From NCBI GenBank assembly GCA_965224195.1, contig OZ245040.1, forward strand, positions 1,088,001 to 1,152,000: a stretch of DNA of 64,000 nucleotides, in the 5' to 3' direction. Position 1 is the stretch's first letter; every line of letters starts with the position of its first letter. Under the pieces are notes generated by a model. The model searched no databases and had not been told where the DNA came from. It was given only the letters and a program-made list of their open reading frames with translations. Origin of the DNA: Nitrosopumilus sp. (GTDB lineage Archaea; Thermoproteota; Nitrososphaeria; Nitrososphaerales; Nitrosopumilaceae). This document shows, in pieces, positions 41,827 to 52,161 of the stretch. The position numbers and the translations under genes are program-made.

Positions 41827-42474
41827 ATGGGTTCAGAAAAGAATGGGGAGAGAATTTATCCATTAGGGTACGAACCTCAAGAAACATCTGATGTAGTAGA
41901 TGACAATGTTCGAAATAATTTACTTGATTTTATTTTAAAATCTGGACCTAGTGAAGTTGTAGATACTGACTTGTTTGCTGTAATGGCAAAAAGACGCTCT
42001 ACAAGAAAATTTTCAGATAAACCTGTTGAAACTACAAAAATTGATAAAATAATTGCAGCAGCTGATACTGCTCCAACTGCTGGTAATTTTCAAGGGTTTG
42101 AAATATTCTATGTAAAAAGTCCTGAAAAGAAAAAACTTCTAGTTGAGGCATGTAACAAACAGCCATACGTTAATGCGCCTGTGGTCCTTGTTTTCTGTAA
42201 AAATCCTTCCAGGGTAAAATTTGATTTCCCTGATTATATTTTGAAAAAATTTGCCATCCAAGATGCCACTTTAGCTGCAGGATATTCCCAGCTTGCAGCA
42301 CAGGCTTTGGGGTTGAGTTCTATTTGGATAGGAATGTTTGATGAACAAAAAGTGATGGATGTCATAGAAACTGATCTTGTACCTTCATCTGTCTTGTGTA
42401 TTGGATATCCCGAACAAACTAAATTCCCAAAACCCCGAAGAAATCTCAAAGATTTGGTACATGTAACTTGGTAA
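41827..42474 (+). CDS. Nitroreductase family protein
   Basis: RRSTRKF, APTAGNFQ, LGLSSIWIG. Confidence 0.92.
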   Translation: MGSEKNGERIYPLGYEPQETSDVVDDNVRNNLLDFILKSGPSEVVDTDLFAVMAKRRSTRKFSDKPVETTKIDKIIAAADTAPTAGNFQGFEIFYVKSPEKKKLLVEACNKQPYVNAPVVLVFCKNPSRVKFDFPDYILKKFAIQDATLAAGYSQLAAQALGLSSIWIGMFDEQKVMDVIETDLVPSSVLCIGYPEQTKFPKPRRNLKDLVHVTW

Positions 42475-42526
42475 GTTTTGTCTAAAATTCTCCATCTTTA
42501 AATAATCATAGTTTATTGTTTAGTTC

Positions 42527-42760
42527 ATGACTGATGCATATGTAATGCTAAATTGTGAACTTGGTGCTGAAACTGCAATTATAGAACAGCTCAAAGAACT
42601 TGAACAAGTAGTTGATGTCTTTGAAACCATTGGAACGCATGATATGATGGTAAAATTACAAGCAGAAAATTTTGAAAAAATCCGAGAGATTGTTTCATGG
42701 AATATTCAAAAACTAAAGAACGTACGTGCTACTTCAACTCTGATTAAAAAAGATAATTAA
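42527..42760 (+). CDS. Lrp/AsnC ligand-binding-domain protein
   Basis: AYVMLNCELG..GTHDMMVK..TSTLI. Confidence 0.85.
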   Translation: MTDAYVMLNCELGAETAIIEQLKELEQVVDVFETIGTHDMMVKLQAENFEKIREIVSWNIQKLKNVRATSTLIKKDN

Positions 42761-42782
42761 GAATAGGGTCTTAGTAATTCTA

Positions 42783-42959
42783 ATGGTTGATGAGAAAAAT
42801 GAAATCGAAAAATTAATTGATAATATGATTTCTAGTGGTGATGAATTAGTTGATAATCTCAAATCTGTTTTGCCTAATTCTTTATCTGAATCAATGGTGA
42901 TGTTTCATGAAACAAACGTTACAAATCTCAAAAAGATCAAAGAATTTTTGAATAAATAG
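42783..42959 (+). CDS. Small hypothetical protein (58 aa, below the ORF-track cutoff)
   Basis: MVDEKNEIEKLIDNMISSGDELVDNLK...KEFLNK. Confidence 0.55.
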   Translation: MVDEKNEIEKLIDNMISSGDELVDNLKSVLPNSLSESMVMFHETNVTNLKKIKEFLNK

Positions 42960-43025
42960 TCCTAGTAGTACTGAGCCTAATGATTGCTACTATATCCTTT
43001 TTAATCATTATTTGATTTTCATGTC

Positions 43026-43406
43026 ATGGGCAGATCAAGAACTATTTCCATCACTGTGGAAAAGAAAACAGGGGATGCATTTGATGCAATTTTGAAGATA
43101 CCTCCAAAGATGATGCCTGATGCAAAAATCGACAATTCTAGTTGGTGGTCATTCACTGGACCTCATGGAAAATCAATGCTAAAATTTAATGAAAATAAAT
43201 CGCTTGGAATTTTGGACCACCAATACATTGATGAGGAATCCAAATGGGATGTGCCAATGAGAGTTGTTTCAAACGGTGATGTTTCTGAAGTTGTAATTAC
43301 TTTGAACAAACCTGATGAAATTACTGATGAGAAATTTGATCAAAGAATGCAAAAACTTGGTGAGATGTTCAATTCAATGAAAAACATCATAGAGTCTGAG
43401 TCTTAG
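43026..43406 (+). CDS. SRPBCC/polyketide cyclase-like protein
   Basis: GILDH...WDVPMRVVSNG. Confidence 0.65.
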   Translation: MGRSRTISITVEKKTGDAFDAILKIPPKMMPDAKIDNSSWWSFTGPHGKSMLKFNENKSLGILDHQYIDEESKWDVPMRVVSNGDVSEVVITLNKPDEITDEKFDQRMQKLGEMFNSMKNIIESES

Positions 43407-43563
43407 AATTTGGTCTTTAGTTAAGCCTGAACAAGTACAAATTATTCTTCAAGCTTAAATGTGAATTTTGTAATATAGAATAGAGAAAAAATGCCGTATG
43501 AAGAACATATTTCCAGAAAATGGAAGATGAAAAATCAGAGAAACTAAAGTCTAAAAAACAGGA

Positions 43564-43908
43564 TTAATCCTTGTCTGGATTATTGGAATTGTCATTTTGA
43601 TTATTTCCAGGGCCTATAATGTCTTCCGGTTTAACTTTGTTATCCCAGTTTCCTCTAACACCTTTAATTAGAGAAATGACTCCAGCTACAATGAATCCTA
43701 AAACTAGTCCAAAGAAAACAGTTTGATCAAATATCTTAAATGAACAATTGATTTCTACTGGAGGGATATCATCAGAATACTCGTAACATGTTCCAAATTC
43801 ATTTGATTCTAGAGTGGCAGCTTGAAAATTATGGCCAAATCCGCCTAGGATAAGAAATCCTACAAAAACTAGGGCGATACCTGCAATGATAAATCTCATG
43901 TCACTCAT
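43564..43908 (-). CDS. Membrane protein (2 TM)
   Basis: Two hydrophobic segments. Confidence 0.7.
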   Translation of the reverse strand: MSDMRFIIAGIALVFVGFLILGGFGHNFQAATLESNEFGTCYEYSDDIPPVEINCSFKIFDQTVFFGLVLGFIVAGVISLIKGVRGNWDNKVKPEDIIGPGNNQNDNSNNPDKD

Positions 43909-43961
43909 AATTTTTTTCCTGATTTGTTGTATTTACATTTTGACCTTGGAATGCACTGGTG

Positions 43962-44414
43962 TTATTTTTCAAGAGATGCTTTGAGATTCTCAAGTGATGC
44001 TTCATAAAATGCTGCCATGAACACTATGAAATCTAAAAATTCTTTTTCAGACATTTTTTCACTGTTGAGATATGATTGCCATGTCAACTCTACAAGATTT
44101 TTAGATTTTGGTTTAATTGAAATTGTTGCAATATATACTCTTAATGGTAGTCCTTCAGTTGCGATATATGTGAAATATTCTCCTTTTTTCCATGCAACCA
44201 CATGTTCTTCAATTTGATTTCCATCTTCAAATGTAATCAATCTAATGGCTCCTACGTCTGTTTTCTTTTTTGATAGGTATACTGTTTTTTTAACATCAAC
44301 AACCCATGTTGGCAACCCTACAATGTTGCTAATTTTTCTCCAAACCCTGTCTTTTGATGCTTTGATCTTGATTGTTTTTTTAACAGTTCTAGTGTGAAAT
44401 GACTTTTTTACCAT
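43962..44414 (-). CDS. SRPBCC family protein
   Basis: IKASKDRVW..I, VGAIRLI; likely start MVKKS. Confidence 0.8.
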   Translation of the reverse strand: MVKKSFHTRTVKKTIKIKASKDRVWRKISNIVGLPTWVVDVKKTVYLSKKKTDVGAIRLITFEDGNQIEEHVVAWKKGEYFTYIATEGLPLRVYIATISIKPKSKNLVELTWQSYLNSEKMSEKEFLDFIVFMAAFYEASLENLKASLEK

Positions 44415-44491
44415 GCTCCTATCAGGATATTGCTGAATTTTAAATTTTAGTTGAACAACCATTTTTAATCCCCTGAAGAGAAAGATATCAA

Positions 44492-45772
44492 ATGGTCTTT
44501 GGATGGGGGAAAAAGAAACAAGAAGAAACACCTATTGATGAAATCCCACAAAATAAGGAAATTTCACTTGCCGATGTTCCTAAAATTCTATCTGATCTTA
44601 GTGCTTTGAGAAAATCTCAAACTTTATCTGAAATAAATAATTTGAGAAACAAAACTGCTCCTCTCATTGAAGAATTAATGAAAATAGGAAATGTTCTTGA
44701 AAAAGATAATCTCAACATGGATGATGTAGATAAACATCTTGCAATTATCGTGGTTAGAGGTAAAAAGCAAGTTATTGATATGATCAAAAAAGATGTTGTT
44801 TCATTACCAAAAATATCTAGTTTTGAGGATGCTGAAAAACTAAATTCTGCATTAAATCTTATTCTTAAAAAAGTGGGTGATGTCTTGGGACGTCAAACTA
44901 GAGTAATCCATATTTTTGCTAAAAAATATGCGGGGCAATTAAAATCAAATCTTGCACTCATGAATTCTAATCATTCTGAAATTAGTGATTTATTGAAAAA
45001 TTATGATTCTACAAAGTCTCTTTCTGAAGAAACACTTGATATAATTAACCAAATCAAAAACTTTACAGAGGTACGTCAAGAACAATCTGAAAAAATTGAT
45101 AGTATTTCAAAAAATACAATTGTAATAAATGAAAAAATATCTACAATTCAGAACAATATCGATGAGATAAAGTCCTCTGATAATTACAAAAAATACCAAA
45201 ATTTGAAAAAGACTTTGGATGAATATGTTAATGAAAAATCAAAAATCAAAAATCAAATTAACACGCAATTTACAAAAATTTCCCGCCCTCTTAGTAGATA
45301 TGAATATGCCTCATCATTGGATAAGGATCAAAAAAATATTTTATCCAACTTAGTCTCTGAGCCATTTGATGTATTGACTGCAGCAAATAAAGATTCTATT
45401 GTAACTATACTTGAAAATATTCGAAAAGGAATTTCATCTGGTTCTATTTCTGTAAAGGATATTGAGAAAACATATTCTCAGATAACTGAAACTGAAGAAT
45501 CCTTAGATGGATTTGTACGCCAAGTTTCAGAATACCATAAAAAATATCAAGAGATACAAAATGAACTGAATTCTCTAATGCCTAGAGATTTGATTTCATT
45601 GGAAAGTGATCTTACCAAAAATACTTCCACATTAGATGAGTCTCAACTGAAATCTGAAACTTTTCAAGGTGAAATTAATGAAATTGATTCAAAAATCCCT
45701 GAACTAGTCTCTGAAATTGAACAAAAACTAAGACAATTTTCTAATACTAGATACACTATTTTAGCATCCTAA
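44492..45772 (+). CDS. Coiled-coil hypothetical protein
   Basis: 426-aa ORF rich in heptad patterns. Confidence 0.75.
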   Translation: MVFGWGKKKQEETPIDEIPQNKEISLADVPKILSDLSALRKSQTLSEINNLRNKTAPLIEELMKIGNVLEKDNLNMDDVDKHLAIIVVRGKKQVIDMIKKDVVSLPKISSFEDAEKLNSALNLILKKVGDVLGRQTRVIHIFAKKYAGQLKSNLALMNSNHSEISDLLKNYDSTKSLSEETLDIINQIKNFTEVRQEQSEKIDSISKNTIVINEKISTIQNNIDEIKSSDNYKKYQNLKKTLDEYVNEKSKIKNQINTQFTKISRPLSRYEYASSLDKDQKNILSNLVSEPFDVLTAANKDSIVTILENIRKGISSGSISVKDIEKTYSQITETEESLDGFVRQVSEYHKKYQEIQNELNSLMPRDLISLESDLTKNTSTLDESQLKSETFQGEINEIDSKIPELVSEIEQKLRQFSNTRYTILAS

Positions 45773-45803
45773 AATTAAATTAGTTCTAAACTGGATACTT
45801 GGT

Positions 45804-46202
45804 GTGTTATTCAAAAAGAAAAAATTTGAACGTAAAGTTCTATTGAAAAAAAAAGTTCTTGATAGCATATTGTCATTTTGTCAAATGAAACATCCCAATG
45901 AAGGAATTTTAATTTTAAAAGGAAAATCAAAAAATGGTGAAATCAAAATAGATGGATTAGTAATTCCACCATTTAGTGAAACCGGGCCTACTTTTGCAGG
46001 ATTTCCACATTCGTTCTTACCGTTTGATATGAGTTATGTGGGAATTATTCATTCTCACCCAAGTGGTTCTGCAGAACCTTCTGTAACTGATTTACATAAT
46101 TTCTTTGGATTAGTTTCAATGATTGTCAAATCTCCCTATGATGATGATTCAATTTTTGCATGGGATAGTAATGGAAATGCTATTCCACTTTCTATTGAAT
46201 AA
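45804..46202 (+). CDS. JAB1/MPN (JAMM) metalloprotease
   Basis: HPNE...HSHPSGSAEPSVTD. Confidence 0.9.
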   Translation: MLFKKKKFERKVLLKKKVLDSILSFCQMKHPNEGILILKGKSKNGEIKIDGLVIPPFSETGPTFAGFPHSFLPFDMSYVGIIHSHPSGSAEPSVTDLHNFFGLVSMIVKSPYDDDSIFAWDSNGNAIPLSIE

Positions 46203-46279
46203 TTTTACAAAAAACCTGCTGACCAGCCTGAAGAAAACTGAAGAAACTTTATAACCGTTTTAAAGTTACTTTTGTTGAA

Positions 46280-46612
46280 TTGAATCCTCAGCTTAAACGA
46301 TATTATCTTTTCCTAGGTGCTTCTTTGGTATTTAGTATTGGTTTACAAATTGGTCTTGGTTACCTTGGTGTTCCATGGTATATCAGCATAGGTGCAGTAA
46401 TGGCGATTTTCATTTTACTACCTATGATCATGAGAAGAAGACAAATGAGTAATGCTGGCAATTATGGTGGAGATTCAGGAACTGGTGGCGGATTCTTTGG
46501 TTCCCAAGGCGGTTCTAGTGGAATTCGATATGTTTGCCTTGTTTGTAACAACAAACACAAAGGTGGTACTTGTCCACGGTGTGGTTCCAAAATGCAAAAA
46601 GCCGATTTTTAG
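46280..46612 (+). CDS. Membrane protein with C-terminal zinc ribbon
   Basis: 2 TM segments plus CLVC...CPRCGS. Confidence 0.75.
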   Translation: MNPQLKRYYLFLGASLVFSIGLQIGLGYLGVPWYISIGAVMAIFILLPMIMRRRQMSNAGNYGGDSGTGGGFFGSQGGSSGIRYVCLVCNNKHKGGTCPRCGSKMQKADF

Positions 46613-46622
46613 TTGATGCAAA

Positions 46623-46940
46623 ATGGCGTTAGAAGAATTAAGAAAAAAAGTTCTCTATCAAAACTCTATTGAAATATGGATTGGAATAAGTAAGGAAAAA
46701 AACATAGACTGGGTTGACACTGATAACTACCAAAAGTTCATAGCATTTCTTTTAAAAAATAACCAAAACATGAAACAAATGTCCATCTGTTTTGATGAAT
46801 CCGATAAAGCATCTGACGGTGGTCACAGCAAAAAAGTATTTGCTAACAATTTGGCAGCAATCAATAATGAAAATTCTGCATGCTATTCAATAAAATTGAA
46901 TGATGGTGCTATTGAATTAATTCGAAAATTTGATCTCTAA
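46623..46940 (+). CDS. Hypothetical protein
   Basis: 105-aa ORF. Confidence 0.65.
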   Translation: MALEELRKKVLYQNSIEIWIGISKEKNIDWVDTDNYQKFIAFLLKNNQNMKQMSICFDESDKASDGGHSKKVFANNLAAINNENSACYSIKLNDGAIELIRKFDL

Positions 46941-46945
46941 TTTTA

Positions 46946-48313
46946 TTATCTTTTCAATTTTGGGTTAACTATTGCATCAAGTGCATTGCCGATAAATACA
47001 AAAGATAATCCTGTAATTGCAATCATTATTCCTGGTGGCATTATCCACCACCACAATCCTCTAGCTGCTGCTCCAAACGTATTGGCGTCATGTAATATTT
47101 GTCCCCATGTGGGAAATGACGGATCCCCCAACCCTAGAAAACTTAATCCTGCTTCAGTTGTAATTGCGGCTGGAACTGAAATTGCAATACTTGCAAAAGC
47201 ATATGGCAATAATTGTGGAACAATATGTTTTAGAACAATTTTAGAGTCTTTCTGACCCATCATGTTTGCAGCATCTACATAGTCTCGGGTTTTGATTTGA
47301 AGAGACATACTTCTTGCCACTTTAGCAATGCCTACCCATCCAAAAATCATCAAAAACCCAACCATGACAAAAATACTGTTACTAATTGTAACTGAGAGAA
47401 TAATCAAAAATGGAAGTGCTGGCAAGGCGTAAATCACATCGTTAAATCTCATCATGGTCTCATCTGTTTTCTTGCCTTTGTATCCTGCATACACACCATA
47501 AAGCAAACCTGCCACAACTGATGCTATTGAAACTACTAATCCGATGAACAGTGCAAGGGGTGTTCCCCATAGAAGTCCAATTGCTAAATCTCGTCGTAAC
47601 TCATCAGTTCCCATTATTCCAAATGCCTTTCCACCGATGATTAATTTTGATTCATGAATTTGGGTTTCAGAATTTACTCCATACATGTCAATAGTAAAAA
47701 TATAATTTCCTTTCAATGGCTCATTTGTACCAATTTTAGAAAAAACAATGTTTTCTGCAGATAGTCTTTCAAACACAAACTCAAATTTTTCTGATTGCAA
47801 AAACAGGTTTTTCTTTATAGAATTATCTGTAGAGAAAATTCTTTCACTGTGTATTGTTTTTCCATCTGAATGTGGAAGTGATGTTGTTATCAAATCAAGT
47901 TTAACTCCATCTGGTCTAATTACTGACATTTGTAGAAGTGGCGAACCCGAATACTCTGAAGAGAATTCATAGATGAAATCATTAGGAAAATCATCATAAT
48001 CAAAATTTAATCCAAAATTATGTGATGTGAGATTTATTTCATCAACTGATATTTTTTCAATGTTTGGATTTTCCAAAATTTTATGTTCGGGGATTTTTTC
48101 AGTCATGAAAATATTTACCCATATTGGAATTGCTACTTTGGGATTTGAAATCCAATTACCTGGATTGTTCCACTCTTGAAATATTTCAACAGGAATGCTG
48201 ATTATTGTTATGACTGAGGTTATGACTAGAATTGAAAGAATTGTAATTCCTACAATTCCCATCTTGCTTTTCATGAATTCTTGCTTTATTTCATGAGGTG
48301 TGATGTTGCTCAT
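46946..48313 (-). CDS. Peptide/nickel ABC transporter permease (DppC-like)
   Basis: MGTDELRRD, DYVDAA..MG, EAGLSFLGLG. Confidence 0.92.
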   Translation of the reverse strand: MSNITPHEIKQEFMKSKMGIVGITILSILVITSVITIISIPVEIFQEWNNPGNWISNPKVAIPIWVNIFMTEKIPEHKILENPNIEKISVDEINLTSHNFGLNFDYDDFPNDFIYEFSSEYSGSPLLQMSVIRPDGVKLDLITTSLPHSDGKTIHSERIFSTDNSIKKNLFLQSEKFEFVFERLSAENIVFSKIGTNEPLKGNYIFTIDMYGVNSETQIHESKLIIGGKAFGIMGTDELRRDLAIGLLWGTPLALFIGLVVSIASVVAGLLYGVYAGYKGKKTDETMMRFNDVIYALPALPFLIILSVTISNSIFVMVGFLMIFGWVGIAKVARSMSLQIKTRDYVDAANMMGQKDSKIVLKHIVPQLLPYAFASIAISVPAAITTEAGLSFLGLGDPSFPTWGQILHDANTFGAAARGLWWWIMPPGIMIAITGLSFVFIGNALDAIVNPKLKR

Positions 48314-49359
48314 TGTCCAGTTCTCACTCTAGGATCAAAGTAGCCATAAAGCAAATCTGCAATAAATATGCTGATTAGAAAAAATACTGTTAGTAGGTAT
48401 GTTGCACCGATGATGACCGGTAAATCCATTACCGTAATTGCTTCAAAGTATAATCTTCCCATTCCTGGCCAATCAAAAACAGCTTCTGTAATTATTGCTC
48501 CGCCTAAAGACCCTGACAAACTAAGAGCTAGAATTGTAACAATTGGCGGTGCTGCATTTTTGAGTGCATGTGTATAGATAATCTTTTTTTGTTTAATCCC
48601 AATAGTTTTTTTTGCTATGATGAAATCTTCTTGCATAATCCCTACCATGAAATTTCTTACTAAATATGCCCATGAACCAAATCCAATCATTACAATTGTG
48701 ATTAATGGTAATGCCATGTGGTATAGTAGAGATACAAGATATGATGGATCTGATGATGGGATATCTGGTGTTGCTCTTGCTGGAAATATTTGCCATGTAA
48801 ATGCAAATAGAAAGATCATCAACATTCCTATCCACCATACAGGAAAACTAGAACTAATTATTGCAAAACTTGAAGTAATTCTATCAATTGTAGAGCCAAC
48901 TTTACTGCTAGAAAAAGCACCCAGGAATATTCCTATAATTGATATGATTATGGTAGCAGTTGTAAATAACAAAACTGTTCTGGGGAGTTTCTCAAATAAG
49001 ATGTCTTTTACATCTGAAGATCCTTCATCACTAGTTAGAAATGTTGCATTTCCAAAATCCAATAGCATTATTTTGTACATTGTTACCCCTATCCTTTGAG
49101 GTGAATACCACGGTTCATCCAGCCCTAAAACTTGTATTCTTTGATCAATTTGATTTTGAATGAACCCTTCAAATTCATCTACTGATGAGAAACTTTCTGC
49201 AATGGCTGGATTTTCTGTTATTTCAGATCTTACTTGAAAAACGATTCCTTGTTTTAGAATAATATCCATATTGGAGCCTACTAATACAATTGTAATAAAT
49301 AATGTAATCATCAAAACCCCGAACATTGTAGCCATTCGTGTGGCGATGTATTTTTTCAT
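48310..49359 (-). CDS. Peptide/nickel ABC transporter permease (DppB-like)
   Basis: HALKNA, EAVFDWPGMG, DPRVR. Confidence 0.92.
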   Translation of the reverse strand: MKKYIATRMATMFGVLMITLFITIVLVGSNMDIILKQGIVFQVRSEITENPAIAESFSSVDEFEGFIQNQIDQRIQVLGLDEPWYSPQRIGVTMYKIMLLDFGNATFLTSDEGSSDVKDILFEKLPRTVLLFTTATIIISIIGIFLGAFSSSKVGSTIDRITSSFAIISSSFPVWWIGMLMIFLFAFTWQIFPARATPDIPSSDPSYLVSLLYHMALPLITIVMIGFGSWAYLVRNFMVGIMQEDFIIAKKTIGIKQKKIIYTHALKNAAPPIVTILALSLSGSLGGAIITEAVFDWPGMGRLYFEAITVMDLPVIIGATYLLTVFFLISIFIADLLYGYFDPRVRTGQ

Positions 49360-49453
49360 GCCCAATAATCTGACAGTAGAGAATTAGTTTATAACAATAG
49401 ATGTTTTTTCCCACAGTTTATTACTACACAATAATATTGAGATTTTGAAAGAC

Positions 49454-49813
49454 ATGTCCTTTGATAGAGAAGAAAGAGAAATGCACACCGCTACATGTGG
49501 TGACTGTGGAAATGAATGTCAAGTACCATTCAAACCAAAAGAAGACAGACCTGTTTATTGCAGAGAATGCTTCCAAAGCCACAAACCTGAACCAAGACAA
49601 GGTGGGGGTAGATTTGGTGGAAGATCCGGCGGTGGAAGATCTGGCGGATTTGGTGGAGATAGAGGTTCTAGATTTGGTAATCGCGACGACAGACCACGAG
49701 AAATGCATGACGCAAAATGTGGTGACTGTGGAAATGAATGTCAAGTACCATTCAAACCAAAAGAAGACAGACCTGTTTATTGCAGAGAATGCTTCCAAAG
49801 CCACAAAAATTAG
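49454..49813 (+). CDS. CxxC-x17-CxxC domain protein (two zinc fingers around a Gly/Arg-rich linker)
   Basis: CGDCGNECQVPFKP..RPVYCREC occurs twice. Confidence 0.9.
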   Translation: MSFDREEREMHTATCGDCGNECQVPFKPKEDRPVYCRECFQSHKPEPRQGGGRFGGRSGGGRSGGFGGDRGSRFGNRDDRPREMHDAKCGDCGNECQVPFKPKEDRPVYCRECFQSHKN

Positions 49814-49893
49814 AAATACCGTTTTGAGTAAATTTCAAAACTCCTTTATTTTATAAAACAAAGATTTAGAATCTTTCATTGTTGCTAAATCTC

Positions 49894-50088
49894 ATGAATG
49901 GTATTCCTCCAAGAAATAAAATTTTAATTGGTATGATGGTTGAAATTGTTCAAAAACAAGATCAACGTTCAGGACAATTAACTTCTGGAACTGTTAAGCG
50001 AATCCTTACGTCAAGTCATATTCATCCCCATGGAATTAAAGTTGAATTAGATTCTGGTAAAATTGGTAGAGTTCAAAAAATATCTTAA
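49894..50088 (+). CDS. YwbE/DUF2196 family protein
   Basis: KQDQRSGQLTSG, HPHGIKV..GRVQ. Confidence 0.88.
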   Translation: MNGIPPRNKILIGMMVEIVQKQDQRSGQLTSGTVKRILTSSHIHPHGIKVELDSGKIGRVQKIS

Positions 50089-50240
50089 TTTAAAAAAAAA
50101 CGAGAGTGAAACGAATTCTAGGCTTAACTAAGGCCACAAAGCAATTCTCTCGTCATAGTTTTATACGCGATCATAGAATTTAAACATTGTATGAATATAT
50201 GAAAAATAACAGATAAAACTTTGAGATTTATTGATTTTGT

Positions 50241-50483
50241 ATGAGTGCTAATACGATTAGAAAAGCAAAAAAGCTTGTTGAAAGCGGTGGAGTTGTAAAA
50301 ATTGAAGATGATTTATTTCAAATAAAATCTTCATCTGATCCTGAAAAATCTTACTTTGTAACATCTGATACTTGTGAATGTCCTGGTTTCAAAAATTTTT
50401 ATAAATTTCATCATGGAAAAGGTTTGAAGGCAAATTGCTCTCATTTAGAGGCGATTAGAATATTCAAAGAAGATTCTGATTAG
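50241..50483 (+). CDS. SWIM zinc-finger protein
   Basis: CECPGF...CSH. Confidence 0.8.
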   Translation: MSANTIRKAKKLVESGGVVKIEDDLFQIKSSSDPEKSYFVTSDTCECPGFKNFYKFHHGKGLKANCSHLEAIRIFKEDSD

Positions 50484-50484
50484 A

Positions 50485-50820
50485 TTATTTCAAATCTTTT
50501 ACATCTAATTTTCCAACATGTGCTTTGTTTTTAGTAATTACGATTGGTCGTAAAATTAAACCTGGATACTTTACCATTAATTTGATTAATTGAATATCTG
50601 ATTTTTTGATATTATCCAAGTCTAACTCTTTGTACATTTTGTCTCTTTTCCGTAACATCTCATGTGGTCTTTTGTCTGTCATTTTGATGATTTTTTTTAA
50701 TTCAGACTCTGTAAAAGGATCTTTAAAGAAATCACGTGCTTCTACATCTATTTTCATTCTCTCAATGCTTGAGATTACCTTTTTGCATGTAATGCAGGTT
50801 GATTTGTGATATATTTTCAA
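50485..50820 (-). CDS. ArsC/Spx family protein
   Basis: CITCKK, PGLILRPI. Confidence 0.88.
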   Translation of the reverse strand: MKIYHKSTCITCKKVISSIERMKIDVEARDFFKDPFTESELKKIIKMTDKRPHEMLRKRDKMYKELDLDNIKKSDIQLIKLMVKYPGLILRPIVITKNKAHVGKLDVKDLK

Positions 50821-50875
50821 TCTGTTTTAATTTTTCATTTAGATTAAAATTTGTTTAGAAAAATGAAAAACATTG

Positions 50876-51043
50876 CTATGCACAGCAAATTGATTTTTTG
50901 AAATCTTCTGAATTCCTTTCAAAATTACATTCTTTACATACTTGCAAGCTTCTTTTTTTGAGGATTGAGAATGATACATCATATGATACTGAATACATTT
51001 TTCCGCCACATGAAGGACACGGTAATGGAATATCTATTTTCAT
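50876..51043 (-). CDS. Zinc-ribbon microprotein (55 aa)
   Basis: MKIDIPLPCPSCGG...CKEC...ICCA; absent from the ORF track. Confidence 0.6.
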   Translation of the reverse strand: MKIDIPLPCPSCGGKMYSVSYDVSFSILKKRSLQVCKECNFERNSEDFKKSICCA

Positions 51044-51195
51044 CAATTTTTAATGCTTAATTTTGAATATAAGGTCCGCGTAGAATTTATCAATTGTTCA
51101 TTCTTCGCTGGTTTGATTTTTTAATTCTTCTTCAGAATCCTCTAAACTTGTTTCATTGAATTCCTCAAGTATTTCTTTAGGAATTGATATTCTGT

Positions 51196-52008
51196 CTAGA
51201 TATGCTTGTCTTGCTTCATTGTATTTCCTCCGTTTTCTAAAATTTCATTTCTGATTTTCTGAGCATCTAAAAAGTTGTTCTGAGTAAAGTTCAATTGATT
51301 AGATACCAAATCTCTGATTTCTGGCTCTAGGCCTGCAATGTAGTTTTCATACTGGTATCCACCATAGGTGCCATAACCTGGTTTGTATTCCTCAATTACT
51401 TGGTTTCTAAGATTTTCAGCAATTCTTCTTTGTTGTTCTAAAAATATCTCTTCTTCATTTGGTTCTTGGGATTTTTTCTTTTCAGTAATTAATTGGTCAT
51501 GTAATTCATAATAATATTTGAATAAAGTTTGACCTATTGGATTCTTTTCAAAATCGCTTTCATTTGAGCCAAGATATTTTCTTGCTTGATCTGTTGATAA
51601 TTGTTGTTGTAATATTGAGATTGGACTGGCATCTCCTTTAACTTGAAATTCAGTATATGCTAATCCTGCCATACCGCCCCATGATGCAACTGCGTTAACG
51701 GTATATGTCCCTAGTACTCTTTGAAAATCCACAAACTGTGCTTTAAATTCACCTGCAGGATTTGTGAATGCTTTAGTGGTATCTGTCCCTGTTCTAACTA
51801 AAACTTCTACGCTTCTAGCAGGATGATATGCGTGGTCTACTACTCTCCCAGTAACGACTACTGTATCTCCAGAGTGTATGGTGTCTTTTTCCATGTCTAA
51901 TTCTACGATAAAATCCCAAAGCACTGCCTGGGAAGTTGGAATAAATGAAAATAAAATAACAAATGAGCACAGTCCTATTACTATGGCTTTATCATTATAC
52001 ACATCCAC
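51196..52008 (-). CDS. Exported hypothetical protein; C-terminus possibly frameshifted
   Basis: Signal peptide followed by a beta-sandwich-like N-domain. Confidence 0.65.
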   Translation of the reverse strand: MDVYNDKAIVIGLCSFVILFSFIPTSQAVLWDFIVELDMEKDTIHSGDTVVVTGRVVDHAYHPARSVEVLVRTGTDTTKAFTNPAGEFKAQFVDFQRVLGTYTVNAVASWGGMAGLAYTEFQVKGDASPISILQQQLSTDQARKYLGSNESDFEKNPIGQTLFKYYYELHDQLITEKKKSQEPNEEEIFLEQQRRIAENLRNQVIEEYKPGYGTYGGYQYENYIAGLEPEIRDLVSNQLNFTQNNFLDAQKIRNEILENGGNTMKQDKHI

Positions 52009-52161
52009 TTATTTTGATTTTTGCAGTTAAGACAAAGTATGAATAAAAATTTGCTAATTTTCAATTTTAATTGAGTAATTTTACTTGGTTTAAGCCCTGA
52101 GACTGTCAATTTAACAATCCCTACTAATTCTTAAACCCTTACAATCACTCTATCTTAAATC

